DNA of 64,000 nucleotides. Source: a virus. The position numbers were made by a program, and so were the translations under genes. Location of the stretch: positions 1 through 64,000 of the IMG/VR virus record IMGVR_UViG_3300030012_003189; one strand, written 5' to 3'. Shown one piece after another: positions 18,440-27,819 of this stretch; position 1 is the first letter of the stretch; each line of letters starts with the position of its first letter. A model generated the notes under the pieces. It saw only the letters and a program-made list of their open reading frames with translations, was not told the origin of the DNA and ran no database searches.

Positions 18440-20170
18440 TTATTCCTCTATAATGTTATTTTCATCCAACATATCTGTCTCTTGAAGAAACTTTCGTTTT
18501 GATGAAACACCATTAACTATACTCTTAATTTTATCGGATGATAACCTGGTTTCCTTCTTTAACGCATTTTTACGTTCTTCGTCCCCAAGAGGGTCTCTAC
18601 CATAAGGATGTTTATCTTTCTTATAAGTATTACCTTCTCTCGGTCTACCACCTTTATCTTTCAACTCATTTTTAAGATTTTCCAAAGATTCTTCTACATC
18701 AACTGGCTCTTCATCTTCTTTAGCTGGGTCACTACCCTCATCTTCGATTGAACGGAATCTGTATCTATCTTTTAAATCTTCAATCATTGTTTCTCTTTGT
18801 TTATCAGATTCACCTCTACTCAATTTAAAGATATTATCATATACCCATTCTTTGGATAACATATTTAAACCTTGAATGTCTTGTGCTAATCTAATCTTTT
18901 CACTCCAAAGATTTACTTTTTCTTGCTCATATATCATTGATGGGTTAACCAATCCTAATTCAAAGTTAGTTAACTCTGCATCTTGAATACCTTGTGAGTA
19001 TAAATGAACGATTGCAATTTTTGTTAACTCAGAAATTACAATTCTTTGGATTCTTTCGATTGTTCTTGCGAATCTAACATCTTCAGCTGCTAATGTTGCT
19101 TTACCATTAACCTGCTCTTCGTATCCTAAATAAGCTTTTGGTATTTTAAGAGCTGCAAATAGTTTATTTTTAAGATAATCAATATCTTCAATGTTACTAA
19201 ACTCTAAACCTGATAGGTTTTCAATATTAGTACCACTATCACCACCTCTGACTGGTAAGTAAAAATCTTCTGTAAGGTTTTGTATATTATACTTTAGGTT
19301 GTAATCACCTGTATTTTGGTCAACAAATGGAATCTTCTTCATTTTGTTGATGATTCTTTGCATATAGTTATCTACTTCGTTTGGTGGGATGTTACCTATA
19401 TCAATTTTGAACACTCTCTTTTCAGGTGCTCTCATAATTCTATGAATCAACATAGCATCTTCCATCAGAGATAATTGTTTCCATAATCTTCTACCATTTT
19501 CAATCATAGCTTTACCATATGGTAAGAAGTTTGTATCAGCTAATAATCTAAAATGTGCTACTTCGAAGTTATCATAATCCACTTTACCTAATGAATCATC
19601 TTCTACGTGGAATTTTACAAAGTTTGGATTGTTAGGGTCTGTATTTTCTAATCTTTCTGTATTGTAAACAGATAGTGGAGATACATTTACAATACCTTTA
19701 CCCTCAGCCATCTCCAATGAAAGGAAGAAATCTCCATACTTACACATATTTCTTACCCAAGGCCAAAGATTGAATTCAATATTTAGTACATCGTAGAATA
19801 AGTTGTTTAGAATCTGTTGTACTTGTTCATTTGTTGAACGAACTGTAAGAATATCACCATATTCATTCTTTAGTGTTGATTCATCAGCGTATATATCTAA
19901 TGCTGATGCCAAAATAGGGTCATTATCCATAGCATCATAATCTCTGAATAATTCTCTACGAACTTGTTGATATGCCATTGATTGGGCTGCACCTGCTGAT
20001 TCGTAAAATCCTTTTTGTAATTTTGTGTATCGGTCTCTTAGATGAGATAAGTTTGTTTTTTGTCTCATATCGACATCAGAAACTTTTCTTCTACCTTTAG
20101 CATCGACTCTAACGACTGCTTGTGTAGCGAATAGTTTTCTTAATCTACCGAAAAATGAAGTATCTGCCAT
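18440..20170 (-). CDS. gp20: Portal protein (T4 gp20-like)
   Basis: QLSLMEDAMLIHRIMRAPEKRVFKIDIGN, EDFYLPVRGG, LFAALKIP motifs. Confidence 0.95.
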   Translation of the reverse strand: MADTSFFGRLRKLFATQAVVRVDAKGRRKVSDVDMRQKTNLSHLRDRYTKLQKGFYESAGAAQSMAYQQVRRELFRDYDAMDNDPILASALDIYADESTLKNEYGDILTVRSTNEQVQQILNNLFYDVLNIEFNLWPWVRNMCKYGDFFLSLEMAEGKGIVNVSPLSVYNTERLENTDPNNPNFVKFHVEDDSLGKVDYDNFEVAHFRLLADTNFLPYGKAMIENGRRLWKQLSLMEDAMLIHRIMRAPEKRVFKIDIGNIPPNEVDNYMQRIINKMKKIPFVDQNTGDYNLKYNIQNLTEDFYLPVRGGDSGTNIENLSGLEFSNIEDIDYLKNKLFAALKIPKAYLGYEEQVNGKATLAAEDVRFARTIERIQRIVISELTKIAIVHLYSQGIQDAELTNFELGLVNPSMIYEQEKVNLWSEKIRLAQDIQGLNMLSKEWVYDNIFKLSRGESDKQRETMIEDLKDRYRFRSIEDEGSDPAKEDEEPVDVEESLENLKNELKDKGGRPREGNTYKKDKHPYGRDPLGDEERKNALKKETRLSSDKIKSIVNGVSSKRKFLQETDMLDENNIIEE

Positions 20171-20199
20171 TTTGTTTTAATTTAATTATATAACCTTTA

Positions 20200-20604
20200 T
20201 TACCAAGCTCTACAACTCCAATACCTAGCCTTATGTCTTGGACCAGGATTATCACAGTTGTGTCTTGCTCTGAATGCTTTTCTTCGGGCTGGGTCTGATT
20301 TTTTAATTCTCATTGTTTTCTCACCACCCTTACCTTTGTGACCGAAATTAACTTTTACCACGTTACCTTTCGGATTTTTTACATAAACTTTGAATTTTGC
20401 TACATCACCTCTTGTTGGTTTACCTAATTTTACCTTTCTACCTTGATACTCAGCTTCATTTACATCAGGTTTGTAATGTTTTAAAAATTCTATAAGCTCT
20501 GAAATGTCTTGTTCGTTCACTACATCATACTCTTCAACCTCTTCGGCTTCATTTCTGATAATATTAATGTGATTAGAATATAATGCTTTTGTAATATTGT
20601 CCAT
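20200..20604 (-). CDS. Basic phage protein (VNFG...FRARHNC...ARYWSC), probable internal head protein
   Basis: Acidic leader ending VNE/AEYQG then a basic domain; SD TAAGGAG; TATTTATA at 20621-20628. Confidence 0.6.
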   Translation of the reverse strand: MDNITKALYSNHINIIRNEAEEVEEYDVVNEQDISELIEFLKHYKPDVNEAEYQGRKVKLGKPTRGDVAKFKVYVKNPKGNVVKVNFGHKGKGGEKTMRIKKSDPARRKAFRARHNCDNPGPRHKARYWSCRAW

Positions 20605-20643
20605 AATTAACTCCTTACACTATAAATATATAATTTTTCATTA

Positions 20644-22224
20644 TTACCTAATTAACCAAGTCAAATCCTCATCGGTATCACCAACTCTTTGTGTCCAAGG
20701 GTTTCCATCTACAGTACTTCCACCACCATAAACTCCTTGTCCATGCGTTTGTTGTCCAATACTACCTAAAGCTTGTTTTGTTAAATCAATACCTTCCTGT
20801 CTTAATCTCAAAGCGGTATCTCTAACCCACAATCCGATTGCGAATGACATAGTTAAATCATCATTATAACCTTTCATTGCTTCAGCTCTATTACCACTCC
20901 ATATAAATGTAAATAATTCATCTATAAGGCGTGATGAACGAACCATACAAGATTTTTCTCTGAAGTAATCATCTAATTTAGATATAATCAGAGGTCTTGT
21001 CTTAGATGTAGTACTAAAACCAGCTACCATACCTCTTTCTTCTCTTCGGTATTTATTTGTCATCTGATTTTCTACATCTACATATTTTAAATCCTTACTC
21101 ATATAAAATAAGTTAGGATATGCTCTATCAATTATCTGTTGGATTACTGCCCAACCTATATTTGCGTTTTCAACTACTAATAATGCGTTATTGTACTCTG
21201 TTGCTAATGCAACTAAAAAGTTTCCAAAGTCTTTTGTTTCCAATTTTCCTTTGTACTCAGCTACTTGTGAAGCTTGTTCAACATCAAAGACGTGACAAGC
21301 AGAGTAATCTGTTGAATCTCCTCTAGCTACATCAGCTACTACCATATAACTTTTGTTGTAATCAGGATATTCCCATTTCCATAGGTTTCCATCAAATCCA
21401 GTCTTTTCAATTGGTTCTTGTATATGTGTTTCTTTGTAAAACATAAGGAGTTGAGGGTCAATCACTGTATCACCAGAGGAAACGAAATCACAATCACATT
21501 CTTGAGCCGCTCCTTTTGGTCCTAATAGTTTTTCTTGTTCATCTCTCCAAGTTTGGTCTCTTTCAGGATGTACACTCCAATGTAAACGGATTGTATTAAA
21601 TCCATTTTCCTCTTCTTCGGCTCCTACCCATGTCTTATGAAAGAAATTTCCTACACCATTTGGTGTTGAAAGGATAACTGCACTACCACCAGTAGATAAG
21701 GTAGATTGTGCTGATACCCATATATCTTCAATCTTATCAATGAATGCTGCCTCATCAAATACTAATAAGGATAGTGCTTCAGAACGACCAGCATCACCAG
21801 CTGCTGATGTTGCTTTTATCTGAGAACCATTTGAATATCTAAGAGATAGTTTATTATCTTCTATAGCTGTTTGTTTTAACCACGATGGTAAGTTATCATT
21901 CATATATCTTACCTTAGTAACTAAGTTTTTAGCTACTTCTTGTTTAGTTGCTATAATTAAAATATTGAAATCAGAATTAAATAACATTTTCCAAAGAGAA
22001 AATCCCGCTACTAATGTTGATATACCAGTTTGTCTTGATTTAAGAACTATGTTATATCTATTCTCATCAAATTGTGTAAGAGTTCTTTCTTGAAATTCAA
22101 ATAAATGAAAAGGTATCTTCCCTCTAACTGGGTGCTGAATATAGCAGTACTTTTTCATAAAGTGAATCGGGTCTGATGCACATTTCTGATATTCAATTTT
22201 GATAATCTCCTTTAAGGATGCCAT
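20644..22224 (-). CDS. terL: Terminase large subunit (T4 gp17-like)
   Basis: Walker A KSRQTGIST, Walker B LLVFDEAAF, coupling motif STPNG, RNase H acidic residues (ADVARG, VENAN, NDDL). Confidence 0.96.
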   Translation of the reverse strand: MASLKEIIKIEYQKCASDPIHFMKKYCYIQHPVRGKIPFHLFEFQERTLTQFDENRYNIVLKSRQTGISTLVAGFSLWKMLFNSDFNILIIATKQEVAKNLVTKVRYMNDNLPSWLKQTAIEDNKLSLRYSNGSQIKATSAAGDAGRSEALSLLVFDEAAFIDKIEDIWVSAQSTLSTGGSAVILSTPNGVGNFFHKTWVGAEEEENGFNTIRLHWSVHPERDQTWRDEQEKLLGPKGAAQECDCDFVSSGDTVIDPQLLMFYKETHIQEPIEKTGFDGNLWKWEYPDYNKSYMVVADVARGDSTDYSACHVFDVEQASQVAEYKGKLETKDFGNFLVALATEYNNALLVVENANIGWAVIQQIIDRAYPNLFYMSKDLKYVDVENQMTNKYRREERGMVAGFSTTSKTRPLIISKLDDYFREKSCMVRSSRLIDELFTFIWSGNRAEAMKGYNDDLTMSFAIGLWVRDTALRLRQEGIDLTKQALGSIGQQTHGQGVYGGGSTVDGNPWTQRVGDTDEDLTWLIR

Positions 22225-22932
22225 CTATTTCTTTTTCTTAAATGATAATTTCCAATATAGTGAACCGCCAACATAAGGAGTTACATTATTATTTGCATTT
22301 AGTACACCTAAATTTAATCCAAATATTTTATCCTTCTTGTCTTTATATAAAATACCAAATTTTGCACTTTGTATAAAATCGGTTTTATTGAAATCAGCGC
22401 CAACTCCGTAATAGAATTGTCTTTTGGGTAACTCTTTTACTATCTTTGTATTGTAGATTGTTGGAATCTGAAAGTTCCATTCTATTTTTCTACTTAGAAT
22501 TTTATTTTGTGATATTGTATCTGTAAGATATCCAAATCCTAAAGATGGATTCGGTTTTGTTCCAATTGAATCAATTGTTATTTCAGGTCCAAAATCATAT
22601 GTTAGATTTAAAGTATCTTTTACAATATATTTTGCGTAGTAATCTTCTACTACTTTTAAAGAATCAACATCAGCTGGAACTTCTACAGTAATCGTTTCTA
22701 CTTTTGTAATATACTTAGGTACATACTTTGGAACTTCGATTGTCTTTTCAATAAATACTGTATCTATCTTTTGTTCTAACAATTCATAATCTTTTCCATC
22801 TACCTTAACTATATCTTTTGGTTCTGTGGATGAATCTCCACTACATGCTCTCATTAATAGAATTACAACTATTAATCCTAAGATTAGTATTTCTTTAAAA
22901 TACTTTCTTAATATACTAAAGAATGTGCTCAT
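22225..22932 (-). CDS. Membrane-anchored/lipoprotein, spanin-like
   Basis: N-terminal hydrophobic helix followed by MRA-C; DT/DS-rich middle; C-terminal amphipathic beta-strands ending YVGGSLYWKLSF. Confidence 0.55.
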   Translation of the reverse strand: MSTFFSILRKYFKEILILGLIVVILLMRACSGDSSTEPKDIVKVDGKDYELLEQKIDTVFIEKTIEVPKYVPKYITKVETITVEVPADVDSLKVVEDYYAKYIVKDTLNLTYDFGPEITIDSIGTKPNPSLGFGYLTDTISQNKILSRKIEWNFQIPTIYNTKIVKELPKRQFYYGVGADFNKTDFIQSAKFGILYKDKKDKIFGLNLGVLNANNNVTPYVGGSLYWKLSFKKKK

Positions 22933-23581
22933 AATTTTTATCTTTTATTCGTTGGAAGCATTCTTCTCTTTTTTGTTTTATATCTTCCAACTCTATTTTA
23001 CTCTTCTCAACAAACTCACGCATTTCTGCTTTCATCTCATCTACAGGTTTTGGAAGAGTGTAAGTTTCAATAACTTCACCTTCCTCATTAATTTGTTCAT
23101 ATGTTTGTTTTAAATTTTTGATATCTTCTTCAATCTGGTCTAGTCTTAATATACCATCTGCCATAGCATTTGAAAACATTTTGTATTTTTCGTAATCCTC
23201 AAAAATACCATTTATTCTAAGTTCTCTTTCCATCTCTTTATTACAAGAAATACAAAATCCAGTTTTACGAATTAATTTTTTATTATTTGGTCCGAATTCA
23301 CCAACATGCTTACAATCTGTACCTTTACAATTATTTTGCTCTGCTAAATACTTTCTAATTTCTTGAAAAGTTTCTGAGTTTTTACCTGTTTTTAAAGTAT
23401 AACCCTCTTTCTTTTCATATCTGTAATGTTCATCTTCCCAAACATCACCTACTTTTCTATCTTCTTTTTTAGAAGTCCAACCAACAGTTGTATTTTTATC
23501 AAATTCACCACCCGTTCTAACCATATCGGATAGTTTTCTACGAGTTGGGTGCATAAATTTTCTTTTGAATTCTTTTGCCAT
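22916..23581 (-). CDS. Hypothetical protein with Cys cluster (C-x4-C...CxxC)
   Basis: 221 aa; RKVGDVWED; upstream TATTTATA at 23609-23616. Confidence 0.65.
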   Translation of the reverse strand: MAKEFKRKFMHPTRRKLSDMVRTGGEFDKNTTVGWTSKKEDRKVGDVWEDEHYRYEKKEGYTLKTGKNSETFQEIRKYLAEQNNCKGTDCKHVGEFGPNNKKLIRKTGFCISCNKEMERELRINGIFEDYEKYKMFSNAMADGILRLDQIEEDIKNLKQTYEQINEEGEVIETYTLPKPVDEMKAEMREFVEKSKIELEDIKQKREECFQRIKDKNYEHIL

Positions 23582-23642
23582 ACTATTTTAACATATTATA
23601 TATGTATATATAAATATCACTAAATTGTAAAAACATAACAAT

Positions 23643-24116
23643 TTATATTAAAGTACTTTCTAAAGATTTTAATTGAGCATGTACTTGTTTACAATAAATA
23701 ACATCTTCTGCTAATGAAATACCTATTCTGTAGTTTTTGTAATCAAATACTTTTACCGATGTTAGTTTATCTAATTTTGTAAAATTTAAATTATATCTAT
23801 TACCAAACTCATCAATTAGTATTTTCCATTCACTTTCTAATATTTTAAATTTATGTTCTTTTTTTCCAACTACAATTATATCTTTATAATAACCTCGCCT
23901 TCCTAAATTTAAAATTTCAAATGATTTAGTATTTTTAACACTTTCATAAAATTTTGTTTTGTGTATATCGCTCACATAAAACAAATCAACATCTGTTGAG
24001 TTACGTTTATCTAATTCATCTTTCATATAGTAGATACCAACAGAACCACCCAAAGTTATGTGTGGGTTGTTGTTCATATGTGGCGCTACGAAATCAATAA
24101 GGTTTCTAGCTAACAT
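23643..24116 (-). CDS. Putative Pol-beta-superfamily nucleotidyltransferase
   Basis: LGGS...R..TDVDL (hGS + DxD) pattern; very AT-rich. Confidence 0.5.
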   Translation of the reverse strand: MLARNLIDFVAPHMNNNPHITLGGSVGIYYMKDELDKRNSTDVDLFYVSDIHKTKFYESVKNTKSFEILNLGRRGYYKDIIVVGKKEHKFKILESEWKILIDEFGNRYNLNFTKLDKLTSVKVFDYKNYRIGISLAEDVIYCKQVHAQLKSLESTLI

Positions 24117-24118
24117 TT

Positions 24119-27100
24119 TTAGAAAAATATACCTAATATTTGATTAAGAGGTGCAAATGTACCTGTAAGTTTGAAAGTCTTTCCATTGTAAGTAAATACA
24201 ATACCCTCATTTGGTACTATCTTTTTAGCCCCTCCGATAGAGTTTAATCTTTGAAGTTCTAATTTTAGTTTTTGGATTTTCTTTTCATCACCAGATTTTC
24301 TTACATCTTTGATTGTTTTATCCAATTTCTTTTTCATATCTCTAATAGCTTTGTCAGGATTGACAGTCAATGCGGAACTTACAAATTGTAACACTTCTGC
24401 ACCTAAACCTAAGAAAATATCCTCAAATGGTCTAATATTATCTTTAGCTATTTTACTATGTTTTTCTTTATCAGTTTTCTTTGCCCAATCTAAAGTTTTA
24501 GCATCAACTATGTTTTTTCTATCTAACCTAAATTTCTTATCAAAGAAAGCCCATCTTTTAACTAATCCCATTTTGGTTTTGTTATCTAATGTAGTAGGTG
24601 ATTTTTTATCTACATAGTTTTCCCAAAAAGCTTGGTGATATTCTGCTACACCATCTGTATCTTTAAGATTATATTTCTTTTGTAATCTTTTTATTTTACC
24701 ACTATATACAGATTTCTTTTTAGAAAGGTCTTGCGATTTTGGTAATTTAACAACCGGCGGTCCTTCTATTGTATATGATGATTGAACATTTTGATTGACT
24801 TGTTTAATCATACCAGCTAACACTCTAGCAGCTCCTTGATTCTCACCAATAGCTACACCCTCTTCATTATACTCCATTGTTCCGTGGAATACTAAGAGTG
24901 CTTGTCCATAAGGTACTACATTAACAGATGTTGGATAGATTACCTCTAAGTTCATAAAACAAGCTCCACCTTTGAAAACCTTTTCTCTTTGTTTTTCTGA
25001 TAACGAAGAGATAGCTTTAGATAAATCTCTCATAGCAAAGTTATATGCATCACTCAATCCTCCTCTACCTTGAAACTTATCCGATACTCCCTTTATATCT
25101 AAAGCATTCTCCCCTTTATTTTTAAGGTGTCCTTTATTACGAGCAGCAACCAATCGGTTATCTCTCCAACTGATAGCTAATGCTTGTCCATCAGTTTTTT
25201 CTCTTGTATTTTCTAATGTACCATCAAGCGCTCTGTTTACAATATCTTTTAATTGTCCAAATGTAAGATTAACTTCCGAATCAAATGGGTGATTCATATG
25301 ACCATAAGCTCCTCCTTCCATTATCATCTCTTCTTTAACAACTCTATCCTTTTTAAGTTTGTTGTGTAATTCACCACCCTTACCTTTGATATCTTTATCA
25401 GCCATTCTATAAGTTGGTGATTTAAAAAGTTTTACATATAATCTTTCTAAATATTCTTTTTTCTTTTCAGGTGATAATCCTTTAAATAGTTTATTTATTT
25501 TTCCTCTGTTTTTATAAACATACTTTTTAAAATCCATATAAAAGAAATCATTAACTTCATTAATTGGGTCATACTGATACTCTTGATTTGAATCGGTATT
25601 GTTTCTTGCTTTTGTTAATCTTTTCTTAATAACCTTCATATCTTCTTTTGAAGGATAACCCAAAGTTTCATTCTTAGCTTTGGTTTTCTTTTTCATCTTA
25701 TTGATGTATGCTCTATAAACTGCAGCTTGTGATTTTTTACCCATCTCTTTAGCTCTTTGTTCCATAGCTACAGCAGCTTGGATTTTGTGTGCATGGGATT
25801 TACCACTACTCTTAATCTTACTTACAGATTTTTGTGCATCTTTTACTGTTGCGAATTTTAATCCTTTGATTGTTCCTTTTGGATTCTCATCAGTATATAA
25901 ATCAGAATGTGAAGATGATTGTCTATGTTGTCCTTTTTTTCTTGGGATTCTTGCTGCTTCCTTACCATCAAACTTATCTGCTTCTTTTGCTCTTAACGCT
26001 GGTAAAAATCTGAACTTTGCTCTTTTTCTAACTCTTCCTTTTTTTCTTAATACATTTTTATGAACTACTTTAGCTTGTTGGATTGATAAATCTGATTTCT
26101 TTTTACCAGGAAATAAATCTTTCATAAACTCATCATAGACTTGAAGGTATGCTTTTTTGTATGCAATCTTTTTAAGTTTAGCAAGAGGTTTTCTTCTCTT
26201 CATCGTTCTTGCTCTTCTTCTTGCTATAGCGGCTCTTTTACCAGCCATCGCTGCTTTTCTTCTAAGTAAATCTGCAGGTCTTAGTTTACCTTTACTTCTT
26301 TCATCTAATTCCTCCTCACCCATTTTCATCAAACCTTTAGGTGGTTGTGCTAATGGATTCACCCCAAAACATCTTGTTCTAAATTGTTGTTCGGTTTCAC
26401 CCTTCATTGGTCTATCACAACTTTCTTCTAATTCAACTTTGAATCCTTCTTTCATTAGTCGAAAAGTTACAACTTTTTTACCATTGATAGTTGGCATCCC
26501 ATGCTCATCTTTACCGATTGTTTTAATCACTACCTTTTTGTTTTTGAATCTACCCATTAGAATAGTATCACCAACCTTTACAGGTAACTTAATCATCTCA
26601 GTTAGTGATGCTTCAAACTCTTTCTCTAAATCCTTAGCTCCTTTTGCATCATCGGTTGATTGTTCCTTATCATCCTTTTCTATATCTAACTTTTTGATTA
26701 CATCGTATCCTACCATAGCAGCTTTACGAGTAACATGCTTATACCAATTAGAGTATGCACCACTTGAGTAGATATCAACTTGGTTGTTTGGAGTCATCGT
26801 ACCAATTACACCAGCTGGGAAATATGATACTGCTGTTTGTGGTCCATCGGGATATTCGGGATGTTCATAGTAATCTTCAAACTTCTCATCACCAATCATA
26901 TTAACTACGGTGTATCCTAATTTAGCTGCTCTATCAGCTGCTACTCTTCTGAATGTTTTATAATTTGGTATAAAGAAGTTTGGTCCATCATCTACATCTA
27001 ATCCATTTAGACCACCAGTAGATATTTCCATCATATATTCTTCTATAGTTTCTTTTGGTACAAATAAACCTTCACTAAGTTTATCAGATACCATTTGGAA

Positions 27101-27664
27101 TATAGTTTTGTTAAACTTACCATACGCCCTATCTTTGAAGAACTTTTCTTTCTGGTCATCCGAACCCATTGATAATCCTTGTCTAACTTCAGTACCACTT
27201 ATTGCTCCACCCTGCATCGGTGCTACATAAAGGTATCCTCTATCTTCATATCCTTCGGTTGGCTTACCATCATACTTCTGAAAGTATTTGTGTGATAATC
27301 TACTAGCATCTTTTTGCCCTACAACAGTTACAAATGCCGTAGTATCTTTGTTAAATCTTTTTAGAACTTCTTGTGGATTGTATGGATTTTTGACTTGTAC
27401 GATTTTGGATTTTGGTATTCCAAACATCGTTGTCATTATTTTTACTTTTTCTTTGAAGTTAAAAGGTGAACGACCTTTTTCTGTTTTGTTTGATGTACCT
27501 ATGTACACATCTTTTTTTCCAAACTTTTTCTGAAGGTGTTGGAATGTTTTGAAGTGTCCTTTGTGCATGGGTTGGAATCTACCAACATAGACCACCACAG
27601 TCTTTTTGATTTTAGATTCTTCCATAAGAATCTGTTCTGCTAAGAAATTGCTTAGTTGACTCAT
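24119..27664 (-). CDS. 1181-aa polyprotein: N-terminal HIGH-family nucleotidyltransferase, basic modules, C-terminal ligase-fold (KxDG) nucleotidyltransferase
   Basis: GRFQPMHKGH and ISGTEVR; EKTDG, NLEVI, LVFH, NEGIVF, FKLTG ligase-like motifs. Confidence 0.7.
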   Translation of the reverse strand: MSQLSNFLAEQILMEESKIKKTVVVYVGRFQPMHKGHFKTFQHLQKKFGKKDVYIGTSNKTEKGRSPFNFKEKVKIMTTMFGIPKSKIVQVKNPYNPQEVLKRFNKDTTAFVTVVGQKDASRLSHKYFQKYDGKPTEGYEDRGYLYVAPMQGGAISGTEVRQGLSMGSDDQKEKFFKDRAYGKFNKTIFQMVSDKLSEGLFVPKETIEEYMMEISTGGLNGLDVDDGPNFFIPNYKTFRRVAADRAAKLGYTVVNMIGDEKFEDYYEHPEYPDGPQTAVSYFPAGVIGTMTPNNQVDIYSSGAYSNWYKHVTRKAAMVGYDVIKKLDIEKDDKEQSTDDAKGAKDLEKEFEASLTEMIKLPVKVGDTILMGRFKNKKVVIKTIGKDEHGMPTINGKKVVTFRLMKEGFKVELEESCDRPMKGETEQQFRTRCFGVNPLAQPPKGLMKMGEEELDERSKGKLRPADLLRRKAAMAGKRAAIARRRARTMKRRKPLAKLKKIAYKKAYLQVYDEFMKDLFPGKKKSDLSIQQAKVVHKNVLRKKGRVRKRAKFRFLPALRAKEADKFDGKEAARIPRKKGQHRQSSSHSDLYTDENPKGTIKGLKFATVKDAQKSVSKIKSSGKSHAHKIQAAVAMEQRAKEMGKKSQAAVYRAYINKMKKKTKAKNETLGYPSKEDMKVIKKRLTKARNNTDSNQEYQYDPINEVNDFFYMDFKKYVYKNRGKINKLFKGLSPEKKKEYLERLYVKLFKSPTYRMADKDIKGKGGELHNKLKKDRVVKEEMIMEGGAYGHMNHPFDSEVNLTFGQLKDIVNRALDGTLENTREKTDGQALAISWRDNRLVAARNKGHLKNKGENALDIKGVSDKFQGRGGLSDAYNFAMRDLSKAISSLSEKQREKVFKGGACFMNLEVIYPTSVNVVPYGQALLVFHGTMEYNEEGVAIGENQGAARVLAGMIKQVNQNVQSSYTIEGPPVVKLPKSQDLSKKKSVYSGKIKRLQKKYNLKDTDGVAEYHQAFWENYVDKKSPTTLDNKTKMGLVKRWAFFDKKFRLDRKNIVDAKTLDWAKKTDKEKHSKIAKDNIRPFEDIFLGLGAEVLQFVSSALTVNPDKAIRDMKKKLDKTIKDVRKSGDEKKIQKLKLELQRLNSIGGAKKIVPNEGIVFTYNGKTFKLTGTFAPLNQILGIFF

Positions 27665-27710
27665 AAATACACCCTATCAGTATATAAATATAAGATTATA
27701 AGAAAGGGGA

Positions 27711-27818
27711 TTATTTTTTGTAAACAAACGGGTCTCTCTTTTTAAGCTCTTTTATACGCTTTTTATAGAGTCTTTCCATTTTCCAATCTTTATATTTTTT
27801 TTTAATCCAGTTTATCAT
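27711..27818 (-). CDS. 35-aa basic micropeptide (not in track)
   Basis: MINWIKKKYKDWKMERLYKKRIKELKKRDPFVYKK; fills the gap, starting 1 nt after the upstream TAG. Confidence 0.65.
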   Translation of the reverse strand: MINWIKKKYKDWKMERLYKKRIKELKKRDPFVYKK

Positions 27819-27819
27819 A

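Noticed and set aside
8386-22224. Introns or inteins in MCP, portal or terminase
   Set aside because: ORFs are continuous and of normal length, with no visible intein or homing-endonuclease motifs.
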